From assembly GCA_040876885.1 (NCBI GenBank), contig JBBDOU010000013.1, forward strand, positions 6,033 to 70,032: a DNA stretch of 64,000 nucleotides, in the 5' to 3' direction. The notes below the pieces were generated by a model, which was not told the DNA's origin, did no database searches, and was given only the letters and a program-made list of their open reading frames with translations. Both the position numbers and the translations under genes were made by a program. The number at the start of each line of letters is the position of its first letter. Position 1 is the stretch's first letter. This stretch comes from Minisyncoccota bacterium (lineage in GTDB: Bacteria; Patescibacteriota; Minisyncoccia; Phycocordibacterales; JABMNX01). Of the stretch, positions 10,199 to 20,166 are shown in pieces.

Positions 10199-11476
10199 AT
10201 GCATACAACAACTAAAAACCGACCGAGTCGGAGTGGTAACGATGTGGGTCGACGAAGAGGCTCATTCCAAGGTGGTCGCCCGCAAAGAAATGCTCATAGC
10301 TTTAACCGCAAGAGTAGTTTTGGTGGTGGAAACCGTAACCGTGGAGGCAGTCGAGGAGGAAGAAAAATGCCTTCATTTGACCCTTCAAAATTTATTAATA
10401 CAAACCCCGTAGAGTCTCAAGAAGCGGTGTACGTACCAAAACACACCTTTAATGATTTTGGACTTGATGCGCACATTGTGAAAGCAATCGCGTCACTTAA
10501 CATGACCGCACCCACTCCAATTCAAGACCAAATTATTGGAGAGATTCTTGAGGGACGAGACGTCATTGGTCTTGCGCAAACAGGTACTGGAAAGACTGCA
10601 GCATTTCTTATTCCACTCATAGAAAAAACACTCAAAGACAAGAAACGACAGACACTTATTCTTGCGCCAACTCGAGAGCTCGCTATACAAATCAACGAAG
10701 AGCTTTACAAGCTCTCACGAGGACTTGGTATTTACTCAACCATTTGTGTAGGTGGTATGGGTATCCTCCCTCAGATTAAGTCACTCCGCCGTACTAACCA
10801 CTTTGTTATTGGTACACCAGGGCGAGTACTCGATCTTATTAAACGTGGGAACTTCAAACCAGAATACTCTACAACGGTGGTCCTCGATGAAGCTGACCGA
10901 ATGCTTGATATGGGATTCATCAACGACATGAAGTCAATCCTTTCCGCAACTCCTAAAGACAGAGAAACCCTTTTCTTCTCAGCAACAATGTCAAAAGAGA
11001 CCGAGAAACTCGTACACGAATTCCTTCGAAACCCTATTACGGTATCAGTGAAGAAAAAAGATGTAACCGACAGTATCGAACAAAATGTGGTACGTCACGG
11101 ACATCATGACAAATTCACTACCCTTGTATCACTACTTAAAGGTCCTGAATTTAAACGAGTACTTATCTTTGGTTCAATGAAGCACTCTGTTGAAAAACTT
11201 GCACAACAGCTTGTTAGCGAAGCAAAAGTCTCAGCAGATTCAATCCATGGAAATAAAAGCCACGGTCAGCGACAGCGGTCATTGAAGAGATTTAAGAACG
11301 GCGAGGTGCGCGTACTTGTTGCAACAGACGTTGCGGCGCGTGGAATCCACGTCGATGATGTGACACACGTCATTAACTACGACTTACCAACAGTGTTTGA
11401 AGATTACGTCCACCGTATTGGACGAACAGGACGCGGTACTAAAAAAGGAAAAGCACTTACTTTTGTCGCCGAATAA
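10199..11476 (+). CDS. DEAD-box ATP-dependent RNA helicase with RGG/Arg-Gly-rich N-terminal tail
   Basis: Q-motif, 'AQTGTGKT', 'PTRELA', 'VLDEADRMLDMGF', 'SAT', 'HRIGRTGR'. First ~55 aa are a Gly/Arg-rich low-complexity region. Confidence 0.93.
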   Translation: MHTTTKNRPSRSGNDVGRRRGSFQGGRPQRNAHSFNRKSSFGGGNRNRGGSRGGRKMPSFDPSKFINTNPVESQEAVYVPKHTFNDFGLDAHIVKAIASLNMTAPTPIQDQIIGEILEGRDVIGLAQTGTGKTAAFLIPLIEKTLKDKKRQTLILAPTRELAIQINEELYKLSRGLGIYSTICVGGMGILPQIKSLRRTNHFVIGTPGRVLDLIKRGNFKPEYSTTVVLDEADRMLDMGFINDMKSILSATPKDRETLFFSATMSKETEKLVHEFLRNPITVSVKKKDVTDSIEQNVVRHGHHDKFTTLVSLLKGPEFKRVLIFGSMKHSVEKLAQQLVSEAKVSADSIHGNKSHGQRQRSLKRFKNGEVRVLVATDVAARGIHVDDVTHVINYDLPTVFEDYVHRIGRTGRGTKKGKALTFVAE

Positions 11477-11502
11477 CCACTTCTAAGTACTCCTTAAAAA
11501 AT

Positions 11503-11535
11503 AAAACCCCGCCTTATTGAGGGGTTTTATTTTTG
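11503..11535. terminator. Rho-independent (bidirectional) terminator between convergent helicase and typA genes
   Basis: AAAACCCC-GCCTTATTGA-GGGGTTTT followed by ATTTTTG. A-run upstream and T-run downstream. Confidence 0.7.
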
Positions 11536-11749
11536 AGATGAATTAAAGGAGCTCGCGGAACCGAGGACGGTTTTCTAGAGGAGGGAGTCTCTTAACTCAT
11601 GAAGATAGACCTTGTACGAACCCAGTATTAATTCTCTCAAGTAAATCAGGACGAGGAAAACCATACGTAAAGTGGCACTGCATCAGAATTATCGCACCCA
11701 CAATAAATGAAGAGATACGAACCGCAACTCAAAATATAAATGAGAAACT

Positions 11750-13534
11750 TTACGTGCGGTTTTTCTTTATACGGTCTCCTTCTTTTAAGAACTGTTTTCG
11801 GAGTCGTACTGACTTAGGGGTCACTTCTAGATATTCATCTGCCTGCATTATTTCAAGTCCGCCTTCAATCGTCACTGCTTGGTGAGGAATAAGCGTAATT
11901 GCTTCTTCAGAACCTGCGGCACGAATGTTGGTGAGTTGTTTTCCTTTTGTTGGATTTACCACCATCTCGTCACCTTTTGACGTGTTTCCAATAACCATAC
12001 CTTCATACACTTCAGTAGCGTGTCCAATGTAAATCTCTCCTCGCTCTTGCAGGTTCCAAAGTGCAAACGCAACAGCTTTCCCTGTAACCATTGAGGTCAT
12101 TGAACCTGCGTATCGCTTCTTTATCTCTCCTGCGTGTGGCCTGAAACCAAGCACTTGCGAGCAGAGAATCCCCTCTCCTTTTGTATCAATAGTAAACTGC
12201 CCACGGTATCCCAAGAGCCCTCGTGTTGGCCCTTCAAAAATAAGTCGGACTTGGTTCTCGTGCGTAATCATGTTTTGCATAATAAAGGCTCTGCTTGAGA
12301 TTCGCTCAATAACAATCCCTTGAAACTCAGAAGGAATATCTACCGTCACCTCTTCAAATGGTTCGTGCTTCTTTCCATCTATTTCACGAATAATTACCTG
12401 GGGCTGAGAAACCATAACCTCAAACCCTTCTCGGCGCATGTTCTCAAGTAAAATTGCGACGTGCATCTCTCCTCGTCCATACACCTTAAAGACACTCCCT
12501 TCTGAGAAATCAACCTGGAGTCCTACGTTAATCTCAAGTTCTTTTTCAAGACGCGCCTTAATCTCACGACTCGTCAGTAACTTTCCCTCTCGTCCTACAA
12601 ACGGGGATGAGTTAGGCATAAATTGTAGTCCAATCGTTGGTTCATCAACAGCAATAGCAGGAAGTGGTTCTGCATTCTCGTCATCAGTTAAGGTTTCTCC
12701 AATATCAATATCTGCAAACCCTGCAATAAGCACAATGTCCCCCGCAAACGCTTCCTTTGTAGGAATTTGCTCTAACCCTTTAAATGTTGAGAGTTTTGTA
12801 ATCTTCCCCTTTCGAGTTGTTCCATCTGCTTCTTTTATAAAAATCTGAGAACTGTCAAGAATCCTCCCTTCATAGATTCGGGCAACAGCAAGTCGGCCAG
12901 TGTAATCGTCATACCCTAGGTTAAAAACCTGCGCCTTAAGTGCATCGCCTTCTCCGTACCCCTTTGCTGGAGGCACGGTCTCAATAATAGTATCGAGCAG
13001 TGGCGTTAAATCTTTAAACTCGTCATCAAGTTTCTTTTTTGCAACACCGTCACGCCCAATAGCATAGACTACCTTGAAGTTAGTTTGTTCATCATTTGCA
13101 CCAAGCTCCATAAAAAGCTCAAGCACTTGGTCTTCACACCGATTAGGGTCAGCTGCCGGCTTATCAATTTTATTAATAATAACAATAGGCTTGAGTCCTA
13201 GTTCAAGAGACTTCTTCAGTACGAATCGTGTCTGAGGCATTGGCCCTTCTTGTGCATCAACGACAAGGAGTACCGAGTCAATAGAGCGAAGCACTCGCTC
13301 AACTTCTGATCCGAAGTCGGCGTGCCCAGGTGTGTCTACAATGTTAAGTTTCGTACCCTTGTATTCAACAGAGGCATTCTTAGCATAAATAGTAATTCCT
13401 CGCTCTTGCTCAAGTGAGTTTGAGTCCATCGACACCGTACCCTCAACAGCTCCTGTTTGGCGCATCAAAGCATCGGTCAAGGTTGTCTTTCCGTGGTCAA
13501 CGTGAGCGATAATTGCAATATTTCGTATTTCCAT
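11750..13534 (-). CDS. typA: Translational GTPase TypA/BipA
   Basis: '[22 protein letters not shown]' G1 motif, 594 aa, EF-G-like domain order. Confidence 0.93.
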   Translation of the reverse strand: MEIRNIAIIAHVDHGKTTLTDALMRQTGAVEGTVSMDSNSLEQERGITIYAKNASVEYKGTKLNIVDTPGHADFGSEVERVLRSIDSVLLVVDAQEGPMPQTRFVLKKSLELGLKPIVIINKIDKPAADPNRCEDQVLELFMELGANDEQTNFKVVYAIGRDGVAKKKLDDEFKDLTPLLDTIIETVPPAKGYGEGDALKAQVFNLGYDDYTGRLAVARIYEGRILDSSQIFIKEADGTTRKGKITKLSTFKGLEQIPTKEAFAGDIVLIAGFADIDIGETLTDDENAEPLPAIAVDEPTIGLQFMPNSSPFVGREGKLLTSREIKARLEKELEINVGLQVDFSEGSVFKVYGRGEMHVAILLENMRREGFEVMVSQPQVIIREIDGKKHEPFEEVTVDIPSEFQGIVIERISSRAFIMQNMITHENQVRLIFEGPTRGLLGYRGQFTIDTKGEGILCSQVLGFRPHAGEIKKRYAGSMTSMVTGKAVAFALWNLQERGEIYIGHATEVYEGMVIGNTSKGDEMVVNPTKGKQLTNIRAAGSEEAITLIPHQAVTIEGGLEIMQADEYLEVTPKSVRLRKQFLKEGDRIKKNRT

Positions 13535-13666
13535 ATAGTTAGTGTCTGGGGCAAAAAAAGAAGCTCGGCTACCCCGAGCAATAGAGATATAATACCGTAG
13601 AAATCCCTTATTAACAAGGGTGTGACGCCCTGTAGGAGGTATGTACCAACGCTATTACTCCCCCGT

Positions 13667-15148
13667 TTATTTCTTCTTTTTATCTAAATCAAGCGTCTCG
13701 TCAATTCGTATTTTATCAACAAATTCAGGTACGTGAGAGACGAGAAGCATCGCGCCTTTGTATTCGTCGAGCGCCTTTGCAATAACGGGGATATGACGGA
13801 AATTTATGTGGTTGGTTGGTTCATCAAGAACAAGGAGTCCTGGCTGGAGAAGCACGAGACGTGCAAATGCAACGAGCCCTTTCTGCCCTTCGGAAAGCAG
13901 TCCTATCTTAGTCTTTATAATCTCACTCTGTATTAAAAACCCTGCTGCGGTTGATCGCATGTCTTCCTCTATTTTTTTACTCATGGTCGACATAAGACAC
14001 TCAAACACCGTCTGGTCAAAGTCGAGGTTTGAAAAATCTTGGCGATAGTATCCAATAACGACATCCTTCGCCACGTGTTCTCCTTTAGCGTGACCTGACG
14101 CGAGTGATTCAAGGAGTGTCGTCTTACCAATACCATTTGGACCAACTATCTGCATATGCTGACCGCGCTTTAGGGTGATGTCACACGCAACATCCTTTGG
14201 AGTGTGGTCACGAATTACTTTATATGAGGAGAGCGTAAACACTTCTGTAGGTAAGTCTTTCTGTACAGGAATGGTAAATGGTCGGATTGTTCTATCTTCT
14301 CTCCGTACTTCTACTTTGTTTTCTTCATGCTCTTCAACTTTGTCACGCATACGCTTTGCAACCATACGCATTTGTCCTCCTTTGTGCGCGAAGAAGTTTG
14401 CCTTTTCTTTGTTAGCTAAGATCTCTTTTTCTAGTTGCGCATTTTTCCTTTTTTCTTTTTCCACTCGTGCGCTAATTTCTTTTACCACATCATGATAGTT
14501 ACCATCGTACTGCTCTACGGTATGCATTTGCTGGTTCAAATATAAAACCCCGTGCGTAAAGGAATTAAGAAATTCAGAATCATGGGAAATAACAATAAGC
14601 GTCTTCTTATACTCCTTAAGAAAATCTGTTAAGTGCGCTATTCCTTCTGTATCAAGGTTGTTTGTTGGCTCATCAAGAAGCAGTACGTCTGGGTTTTGAA
14701 TAAGCGCCGACGCTAAAAGTAGCCGTGCTTGCTGCCCCCCTGAGAAACTTCCAATCGTTCGGTCTTTAAATGTCTTTGCGACTTCCTTACTTGGAGTAAG
14801 GTTAACAATCTCAAGTACATCATCTATTTTAGGGTCAATATCATACACCTTTTCTTTAAATCGCTTTTGGAAGAAATCCCGAAGAGAGAGTTCGAGCTCA
14901 TCTCGTGGAATAACTTGTTGAGAGAGTGCAATACTCGTCCGTGGCATCACATGTACGTCCCCGGAGTCTGGCTCGTACAAACCAGTAATCAAGCCAAAAA
15001 TAGTACTCTTTCCAGCTCCATTTTGTCCCATAAGCGTAAGTTTTGCGCCACGGCGAATAGAAAAACCTGACTCGATAAGAATCGGCTTATTAGGTGTGTG
15101 TTGGTATGAAACCTTGTCAAAGGTTATGAGCCCTGCGTTATGTTGCAT
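13667..15148 (-). CDS. ABC-F family ATPase (tandem nucleotide-binding domains, no TM domain)
   Basis: Two Walker A sites ('GQNGAGKST', 'GPNGIGKTT') and two signature motifs ('LSGGQQ', 'LSEGQK') joined by a charged linker. Confidence 0.85.
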   Translation of the reverse strand: MQHNAGLITFDKVSYQHTPNKPILIESGFSIRRGAKLTLMGQNGAGKSTIFGLITGLYEPDSGDVHVMPRTSIALSQQVIPRDELELSLRDFFQKRFKEKVYDIDPKIDDVLEIVNLTPSKEVAKTFKDRTIGSFSGGQQARLLLASALIQNPDVLLLDEPTNNLDTEGIAHLTDFLKEYKKTLIVISHDSEFLNSFTHGVLYLNQQMHTVEQYDGNYHDVVKEISARVEKEKRKNAQLEKEILANKEKANFFAHKGGQMRMVAKRMRDKVEEHEENKVEVRREDRTIRPFTIPVQKDLPTEVFTLSSYKVIRDHTPKDVACDITLKRGQHMQIVGPNGIGKTTLLESLASGHAKGEHVAKDVVIGYYRQDFSNLDFDQTVFECLMSTMSKKIEEDMRSTAAGFLIQSEIIKTKIGLLSEGQKGLVAFARLVLLQPGLLVLDEPTNHINFRHIPVIAKALDEYKGAMLLVSHVPEFVDKIRIDETLDLDKKKK

Positions 15149-15205
15149 ATGAAAACATAGTGTACACTACGAAACCCGTACTGTCATGACCTTAAAATAT
15201 AGAAA

Positions 15206-15442
15206 CTACTGAAAGAGTGCGAGCTTCTTCTCTCGAGGAAGTTTTTTAATTTCTACTTCTCTCCGCAAAGCCTTTCCTCTATCTTCTAACTCCTCGGTGT
15301 ACACGATTGCTCGTGCGCCGTGCGCTGCTGTGTAGTGGCTCGCTTTTCCAGACCTATGCTCTTCAAGTCTTCGTTCAATATCTGTGGTGATACCTGTGTA
15401 GAGGCTGTCATCTTCGCATTCCAGAATATATACGTAATACAT
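15206..15442 (-). CDS. GIY-YIG nuclease-domain protein (UPF0213-like)
   Basis: 'MYYVYILECEDDSLYTGITTDIERRLEEH' GIY-YIG motif. 78 aa. Confidence 0.85.
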   Translation of the reverse strand: MYYVYILECEDDSLYTGITTDIERRLEEHRSGKASHYTAAHGARAIVYTEELEDRGKALRREVEIKKLPREKKLALFQ

Positions 15443-15460
15443 ACCCCCTATAATAGCAGA

Positions 15461-17149
15461 CTACGCCAAAAATAGCCGTGCGAGGCGAAGTTCTTCATAG
15501 GAGTACTCGCCTTTTAGAATTCCATGAACAGGAGCAAGTTTTGTATCCTCAGAGTCTTTAAATGCCTTCCTAATCTTCTGTAAATCCTTTGTATTTGGCT
15601 TAAATCTCTTTACGTCTACGTCACGGTGCAATTCTTTTAATTTTTCTAGATGGGAAATAATAGTGCCGAGTGTCATACCTCGCTCAGTCGCAATCTCCTC
15701 AAGCATCATACCTTTCCCTAAGCAAATGAGTGTCTTTTCATACGTAGAAACTTTTTTTTCTGGACCACGAGCTTCGACATCTTTGCTTCGTGCTATATTT
15801 TTTGCTATCTCTGTTTTATCAACAGTTCCTCCTGAAGATTTCACAAATACGTGGTGCATTTCCTCAAATTCTTTTTTAGAAAATCGGCTCAACACCTGCT
15901 CCCACTTTTTAGATTCTTTACGGAGAAACATATCATACGTAAGCACTTCTTTATTTATCTCAAGCGCCTGTGCATTAAGTCCGCGCAAGACTAATCCCTC
16001 AAGTGTTCGAAGTCGAGAAAGCGCCACGTATCCTTGTCCTGATACAAAAGATTTTGATAAGTCAATTTCCGCTGTATCAATACTCATACCCTGACTCTTA
16101 TGCACGGTAATAGCCCACGCTAAACGAAGTGGAAGTTGTGACACTTGCGCAATCACTGTATCTCCTTCCTCCACCATCCAATCTGTCGCTTCAACCACTA
16201 TTTCGTCTCCTGAAAAAGTACGGACAATAGGAAGTGCTCCGTCAAAACCTATAACAGTCCCGAGCGTCCCGTTTACATACCCCACCTCAAAATTATTCTT
16301 TACAAACATAACGACTGCATCTCTTTTTAAATATAAAGACTCTGGAGCAAGGAGTCCTTTCTTGAGAGAGGTTACGACACTTGCTTTACCCTTCGAATCC
16401 ATAAGGTATTCATGTTCCTCACCGGGTAATTTCTCAAGTTCCGCGGTGTTTACCGCGTCGACATCTGCATTATGTGTATAGAGATGTGTGGGAGTTACTC
16501 CATCGTCGATGCAATCTTCTTCATACGCTCGCATGCGCCCCTGTAAGAGTTCTCGAGACTCATCTGACACACTCCCACTCCGAATCTCATTGAGAATTTG
16601 TGAAAGCGCGTCGTCGCTTTGTCTAAATTGCTCTTCAAGGTAACACACACGAATGTCAGCCTCCTTCCAAGAGGGTGCAGAGTGCACAAACTGAGTCTCA
16701 CGTGAATTCCGCACAATAGGTGGCAACTGAAAGAAGTCTCCAGAAAGTACAATTTGTATTCCGCCAAATGGTGCATCCACCTGTTTCATTGCACGTGCCA
16801 GCCTGTCTAATGAGTCAAAAATAGATGGCGTGAGCATCGACACCTCATCAATGATTAAAACTGCGGTTCTTTGATATCGCTTCCATAAATATTCTTTCTG
16901 CACCAAAAGGTCTATGTCAGACTCTGAAAGATAGTCCCGTATGCCAATACCGCTCCATGAGTGAATTGTGACCCCACCAAAATGTGTTGCGGCAATTCCT
17001 GTTGATGCAGTAAGACCGACAGTAACTCCCCTATCTTTTAAAAAAGCTATATATTCACGGAGTGCGTGCGTCTTACCGCTTCCCGCGGGGCCTGTTAAGT
17101 ATACATTTCGTCCTGCTTTAAGTATCGTGAGCGCCTGAGCTTGTTTCAT
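15461..17149 (-). CDS. PIF1/RecD-family 5'-3' DNA helicase with C-terminal helix-turn-helix domain
   Basis: 'LTGPAGSGKTHAL' Walker A, 'VLIIDEVSMLT' Walker B (AAA_30-like), UvrD_C_2-like region, C-terminal ~120 aa HTH-like region. Confidence 0.75.
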   Translation of the reverse strand: MKQAQALTILKAGRNVYLTGPAGSGKTHALREYIAFLKDRGVTVGLTASTGIAATHFGGVTIHSWSGIGIRDYLSESDIDLLVQKEYLWKRYQRTAVLIIDEVSMLTPSIFDSLDRLARAMKQVDAPFGGIQIVLSGDFFQLPPIVRNSRETQFVHSAPSWKEADIRVCYLEEQFRQSDDALSQILNEIRSGSVSDESRELLQGRMRAYEEDCIDDGVTPTHLYTHNADVDAVNTAELEKLPGEEHEYLMDSKGKASVVTSLKKGLLAPESLYLKRDAVVMFVKNNFEVGYVNGTLGTVIGFDGALPIVRTFSGDEIVVEATDWMVEEGDTVIAQVSQLPLRLAWAITVHKSQGMSIDTAEIDLSKSFVSGQGYVALSRLRTLEGLVLRGLNAQALEINKEVLTYDMFLRKESKKWEQVLSRFSKKEFEEMHHVFVKSSGGTVDKTEIAKNIARSKDVEARGPEKKVSTYEKTLICLGKGMMLEEIATERGMTLGTIISHLEKLKELHRDVDVKRFKPNTKDLQKIRKAFKDSEDTKLAPVHGILKGEYSYEELRLARLFLA

Positions 17150-17298
17150 AGAAGTATTTTAACACAGGAAATACAGTGTTTTTTAAATATATAAATGATT
17201 CTCGATTATTAAGACAGAAAAAAGGTGTCACTAATTCGTATAAAACGAAGGGGTCATTACAGCCTACCTGTTTTAAATAACCCCAATAAAAGAGTAAG

Positions 17299-19101
17299 AT
17301 GATACTGACTATGAAATATACAGAAAATCTATCAAAACTAAACAAGGATAGCGTTACGGTAGCTGGAGGTAAGGGCGCTTCTCTTGGTGAAATGATGCGG
17401 GTTGGTATCTTAGTACCCCCTGGTTTTGTGGTCCTTTCGGTAACCTTTCAAAAACTTTTGGAAGAAGGCGCCATGTGCACTGATATAAAATCTATCCTTG
17501 ACTCAGTTGACCATCAAAACATAGACGCCCTTGAAGACGCATCCAAGAAAATACAAACGAGTATTCTAAATATTAAAATACCAGAGGAGGTTTCATACCA
17601 AATCAAAAAATCTTTTAACGAGCTCGGAGCTCAATGTGTAGCAGTCAGGTCTTCAGCAACCAACGAAGACTCAACAAGTGCCACATGGGCTGGGCAACTT
17701 GGAAGCTACCTCAATACTACAGAAAAAGACCTTCTAGAAAATATAAAAAAGTGTTGGGTATCACTTTTTACACCACGCGCTATCTTTTATGGATTCCAAA
17801 ATAACATAGCCCCGCAAGAGACGTCTGTCTCAGTCGTTATACAAAAGATGGTTAAAAGCGAGAAGTCAGGCGTTGCCTTCTCGGTTCACCCAGTAACAAA
17901 AGAGTACAATACACTCATTATAGAGGCTGGGCTTGGGTTAGGCGAACAAGTAGTTTCAGGGCACATTACACCAGATAGCTATACGGTAGATAAGAAACAT
18001 CAAAAAATTACAAGCAGAAACATAAAAACACGGACCCAGGTATTGTCAGACGTAGAGATTTTAGAGCTATCGAGATTGGTTATTATAATTGAAAAACATT
18101 TTGGATTTCCATGTGACATTGAGTGGGCCTTTGAACAAGGGAAACTTTACATACTCCAAAGCAGACCAATAACAACCTTAGTTACAGAGTCCAGTAAAAG
18201 ATCTTCTGAGGATAAAATTATCATCAAAGATATAATGACTCTAATTGCTAGAAGAAACACTGATTCTTTTGATGCCTCTTTAAGAATCGAGTCGTGGTCA
18301 AATGGATTAAAAAATGAGCTTGGGCTTGGATACAAGACAATTGTAATTAATTCTGATGGTGAATATTTCGTAGACGCAGAGAGTGAACGCAAAATTAGCG
18401 AGGCGCTCTCCCTTAAAGGAGTTAATGAAGCGCTATCTTATATTAAAAAAATATACGCTCTAAAAGATGCGCTGTTAATACAGGTGCGACAAGAAGAATA
18501 TGCTACTGTAGTCAACGACTTCTCTAAATTATTTACATACTTCCTTCTTGCACGCAGAATATCTGAAAATGTATACAAGAAATCTTCTTCCAAGGAAAAA
18601 CATCTGATAGAAAAGTGGAGAAGCGACGAAAGACTATTTGAACCACTCGATGTATATAAAAAGCGAGTACCCCAAGACAACCCTACAGGTGAATGGAGTA
18701 TTATATTTAATAACAATGACATTCGCTACGTTGGTAAAAAAATAACGTGGACTGAAAATGAGACTGAGGAAGAAGACACAGCTATATTAAAAGGAGAAAC
18801 TGGGTATCCTGGGTTTGTGAGAGGTCGTGTGCGAGTGATACTCTCTCAAGACCAAATGAGTACATTTAAAGAGGGGGATATTCTAGTCACCACCATGGCC
18901 ACGCCAGAATACACCCCTATTCTAGGGAAAGCTCGCGCCTTTATTACAGATGAAGGAGGTGTTACCTCTCACGCCGCAATAATCTCAAGGGAACTAAAGA
19001 AGCCCTGCATCATTGGTACGAAAAATGCTACTAAAAGACTCCTCGATGGTGACGAAGTCGAAGTAGATGCAACCGATGGGGTGGTGAGAATAGTTCGGTA
19101 A
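17299..19101 (+). CDS. PEP-utilizing enzyme family protein (PEP synthase/PPDK-like N-terminal nucleotide-binding domain plus phosphohistidine swivel domain; no C-terminal TIM-barrel domain)
   Basis: N-terminus 'VTVAGGKGASLGEMMRVGILVPPGFVV' (PPDK_N). C-terminus 'GGVTSHAAIISRELKKPCIIGT' (PEP-utilizers mobile domain with catalytic His). 600 aa. Confidence 0.8.
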   Translation: MILTMKYTENLSKLNKDSVTVAGGKGASLGEMMRVGILVPPGFVVLSVTFQKLLEEGAMCTDIKSILDSVDHQNIDALEDASKKIQTSILNIKIPEEVSYQIKKSFNELGAQCVAVRSSATNEDSTSATWAGQLGSYLNTTEKDLLENIKKCWVSLFTPRAIFYGFQNNIAPQETSVSVVIQKMVKSEKSGVAFSVHPVTKEYNTLIIEAGLGLGEQVVSGHITPDSYTVDKKHQKITSRNIKTRTQVLSDVEILELSRLVIIIEKHFGFPCDIEWAFEQGKLYILQSRPITTLVTESSKRSSEDKIIIKDIMTLIARRNTDSFDASLRIESWSNGLKNELGLGYKTIVINSDGEYFVDAESERKISEALSLKGVNEALSYIKKIYALKDALLIQVRQEEYATVVNDFSKLFTYFLLARRISENVYKKSSSKEKHLIEKWRSDERLFEPLDVYKKRVPQDNPTGEWSIIFNNNDIRYVGKKITWTENETEEEDTAILKGETGYPGFVRGRVRVILSQDQMSTFKEGDILVTTMATPEYTPILGKARAFITDEGGVTSHAAIISRELKKPCIIGTKNATKRLLDGDEVEVDATDGVVRIVR

Positions 19102-19129
19102 CCCCGTTTTCGGGATGGTTGTATACCTA

Positions 19130-19158
19130 TTGACAAATCCTGTGTATATGCTATACTA
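19130..19158 (+). promoter_or_regulatory. Sigma70-like promoter: TTGACA (19130-19135), 17-bp spacer, TATACT (19153-19158)
   Basis: Consensus -35 and near-consensus -10 about 40 bp upstream of the small ORF at 19199. AAGGGA RBS 6 nt before the ATG. Confidence 0.6.
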
Positions 19159-19198
19159 TATATAGTTTGAACCATTGAGATATTGAAAGGGACGAATT

Positions 19199-19417
19199 AT
19201 GCCTGTTACTGCTGAAAATAAATTCTTCTTTGCTCTCGCCTGTATCCTGCAGTTGCCAATGTACGCCACCATGATGGTGGGCGGTACTGAGCTCTTCAGA
19301 GAAGGTGAGATTCGTTTCCTCTTACTGGGCTTCGCCCTGCTTGGATTAATCTTCTGGCTTGCAATCAAAGCAACCCAGTCAGGGAGACCCCAACCGCAAG
19401 TCGCCAAAGTATCTTAA
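19199..19417 (+). CDS. Small two-helix membrane protein (hypothetical)
   Basis: 72 aa with two hydrophobic helices. Own promoter, RBS and downstream terminator. Confidence 0.6.
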   Translation: MPVTAENKFFFALACILQLPMYATMMVGGTELFREGEIRFLLLGFALLGLIFWLAIKATQSGRPQPQVAKVS

Positions 19418-19428
19418 AGTCTGTAGGA

Positions 19429-19464
19429 GCCTATCTGAAATACGTCAGATAGGCTTTTGTTTTG
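19429..19464 (+). terminator. Rho-independent terminator
   Basis: GCCTATCTGA-AATACG-TCAGATAGGC followed by TTTTGTTTTG. Confidence 0.75.
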
Positions 19465-19522
19465 CATACTATCGTGAGCGAGCCCGCTATGCACCTCGAG
19501 TATAAACACTACACACGAACTG

Positions 19523-19541
19523 GCTGCCGGACTTGGACTCG
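19523..19541. repeat. 19-bp direct repeat of the 3' end of tRNA-Gln (second copy at 19710-19728); the upstream copy ends ...GGCAGCCA
   Basis: gctgccggacttggactcg occurs twice, 187 bp apart. On the minus strand the distal copy reads CGAGTCCAAGTCCGGCAGCCA (T-loop/acceptor 3' half plus an encoded CCA-like end). Confidence 0.7.
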
Positions 19542-19710
19542 GTCACGAGTTACTCAGCATTTTATCATGCTTCGCATTTCTAAAATACTCAGTACTCTCG
19601 ACCCCAACTCGGCGACCCAGAGGGTGCCCCGCCTCCGTCTTTCGAGTCAAAGCCGAAACAGAGATACCATAAAGCCCCAACACTATCGTGTCGGAGCTTA
19701 CTGTATCTAG

Positions 19711-19781
19711 CTGCCGGACTTGGACTCGAACCAAGATACCATCCTCCAGAGGGATGTGTCCTACCATTAGACGATCCGGCA
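19711..19781 (-). tRNA. tRNA-Gln (anticodon CUG)
   Basis: Reverse complement folds as a cloverleaf: acceptor TGCCGGA/TCCGGCA (U1-A72), D-loop TAATGGTA, anticodon loop CTCTGGA, T-arm CTTGG-TTCGAGT-CCAAG. Confidence 0.85.
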
Positions 19782-19837
19782 ATGAAAAATGCGCGACTGC
19801 GCATTTCATTTATACCACAAATTCCCCGTTTCTTATA

Positions 19838-20131
19838 TTACACCGCGCGACTTTGTTTGAAGCAATCTATACAGAGTAAGTTACCAGTATCTCGTGGTTT
19901 AAAGGGTAGCTCGGTAATAGGTTTACTGCACCCACTACATTTCCAATCACCCTGATGTTTTGGTTTTTCTCCGCCAGTATTTCCTCCGCTGTTGTCAGAA
20001 GGGTTGCGTGCTGGTCCTCTGCTTTTAGAGAAGCATGCCTTACACATAAGTCCCACGTCTCCACGAGGTTCAAATGGTAATTCTGTAATAGCTTCTCCAC
20101 AACCTCCACACTTCCAATTTCCTTGATGCAT
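19838..20131 (-). CDS. Tandem zinc-ribbon protein (two CxxC-x18-CxxC repeats)
   Basis: 97 aa. Internal duplication 'WKCGGCGEAITELPFEPRGDVGLMCKACF' and 'WKCSGCSKPITELPFKPRDTGNLLCIDCF' separated by a Gly/Ser linker. Confidence 0.55.
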   Translation of the reverse strand: MHQGNWKCGGCGEAITELPFEPRGDVGLMCKACFSKSRGPARNPSDNSGGNTGGEKPKHQGDWKCSGCSKPITELPFKPRDTGNLLCIDCFKQSRAV

Positions 20132-20166
20132 ATTTCTTATTTTAAAAAATTAATGATTAAATAATA

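Noticed and set aside
19462-19880. Overlapping ORFs on both strands (19462..19710+, 19543..19809-, 19589..19804-, 19688..19879+)
   Set aside because: They overlap the tRNA-Gln gene and its repeat and have no RBS and no coherent protein features. Treated as non-coding.
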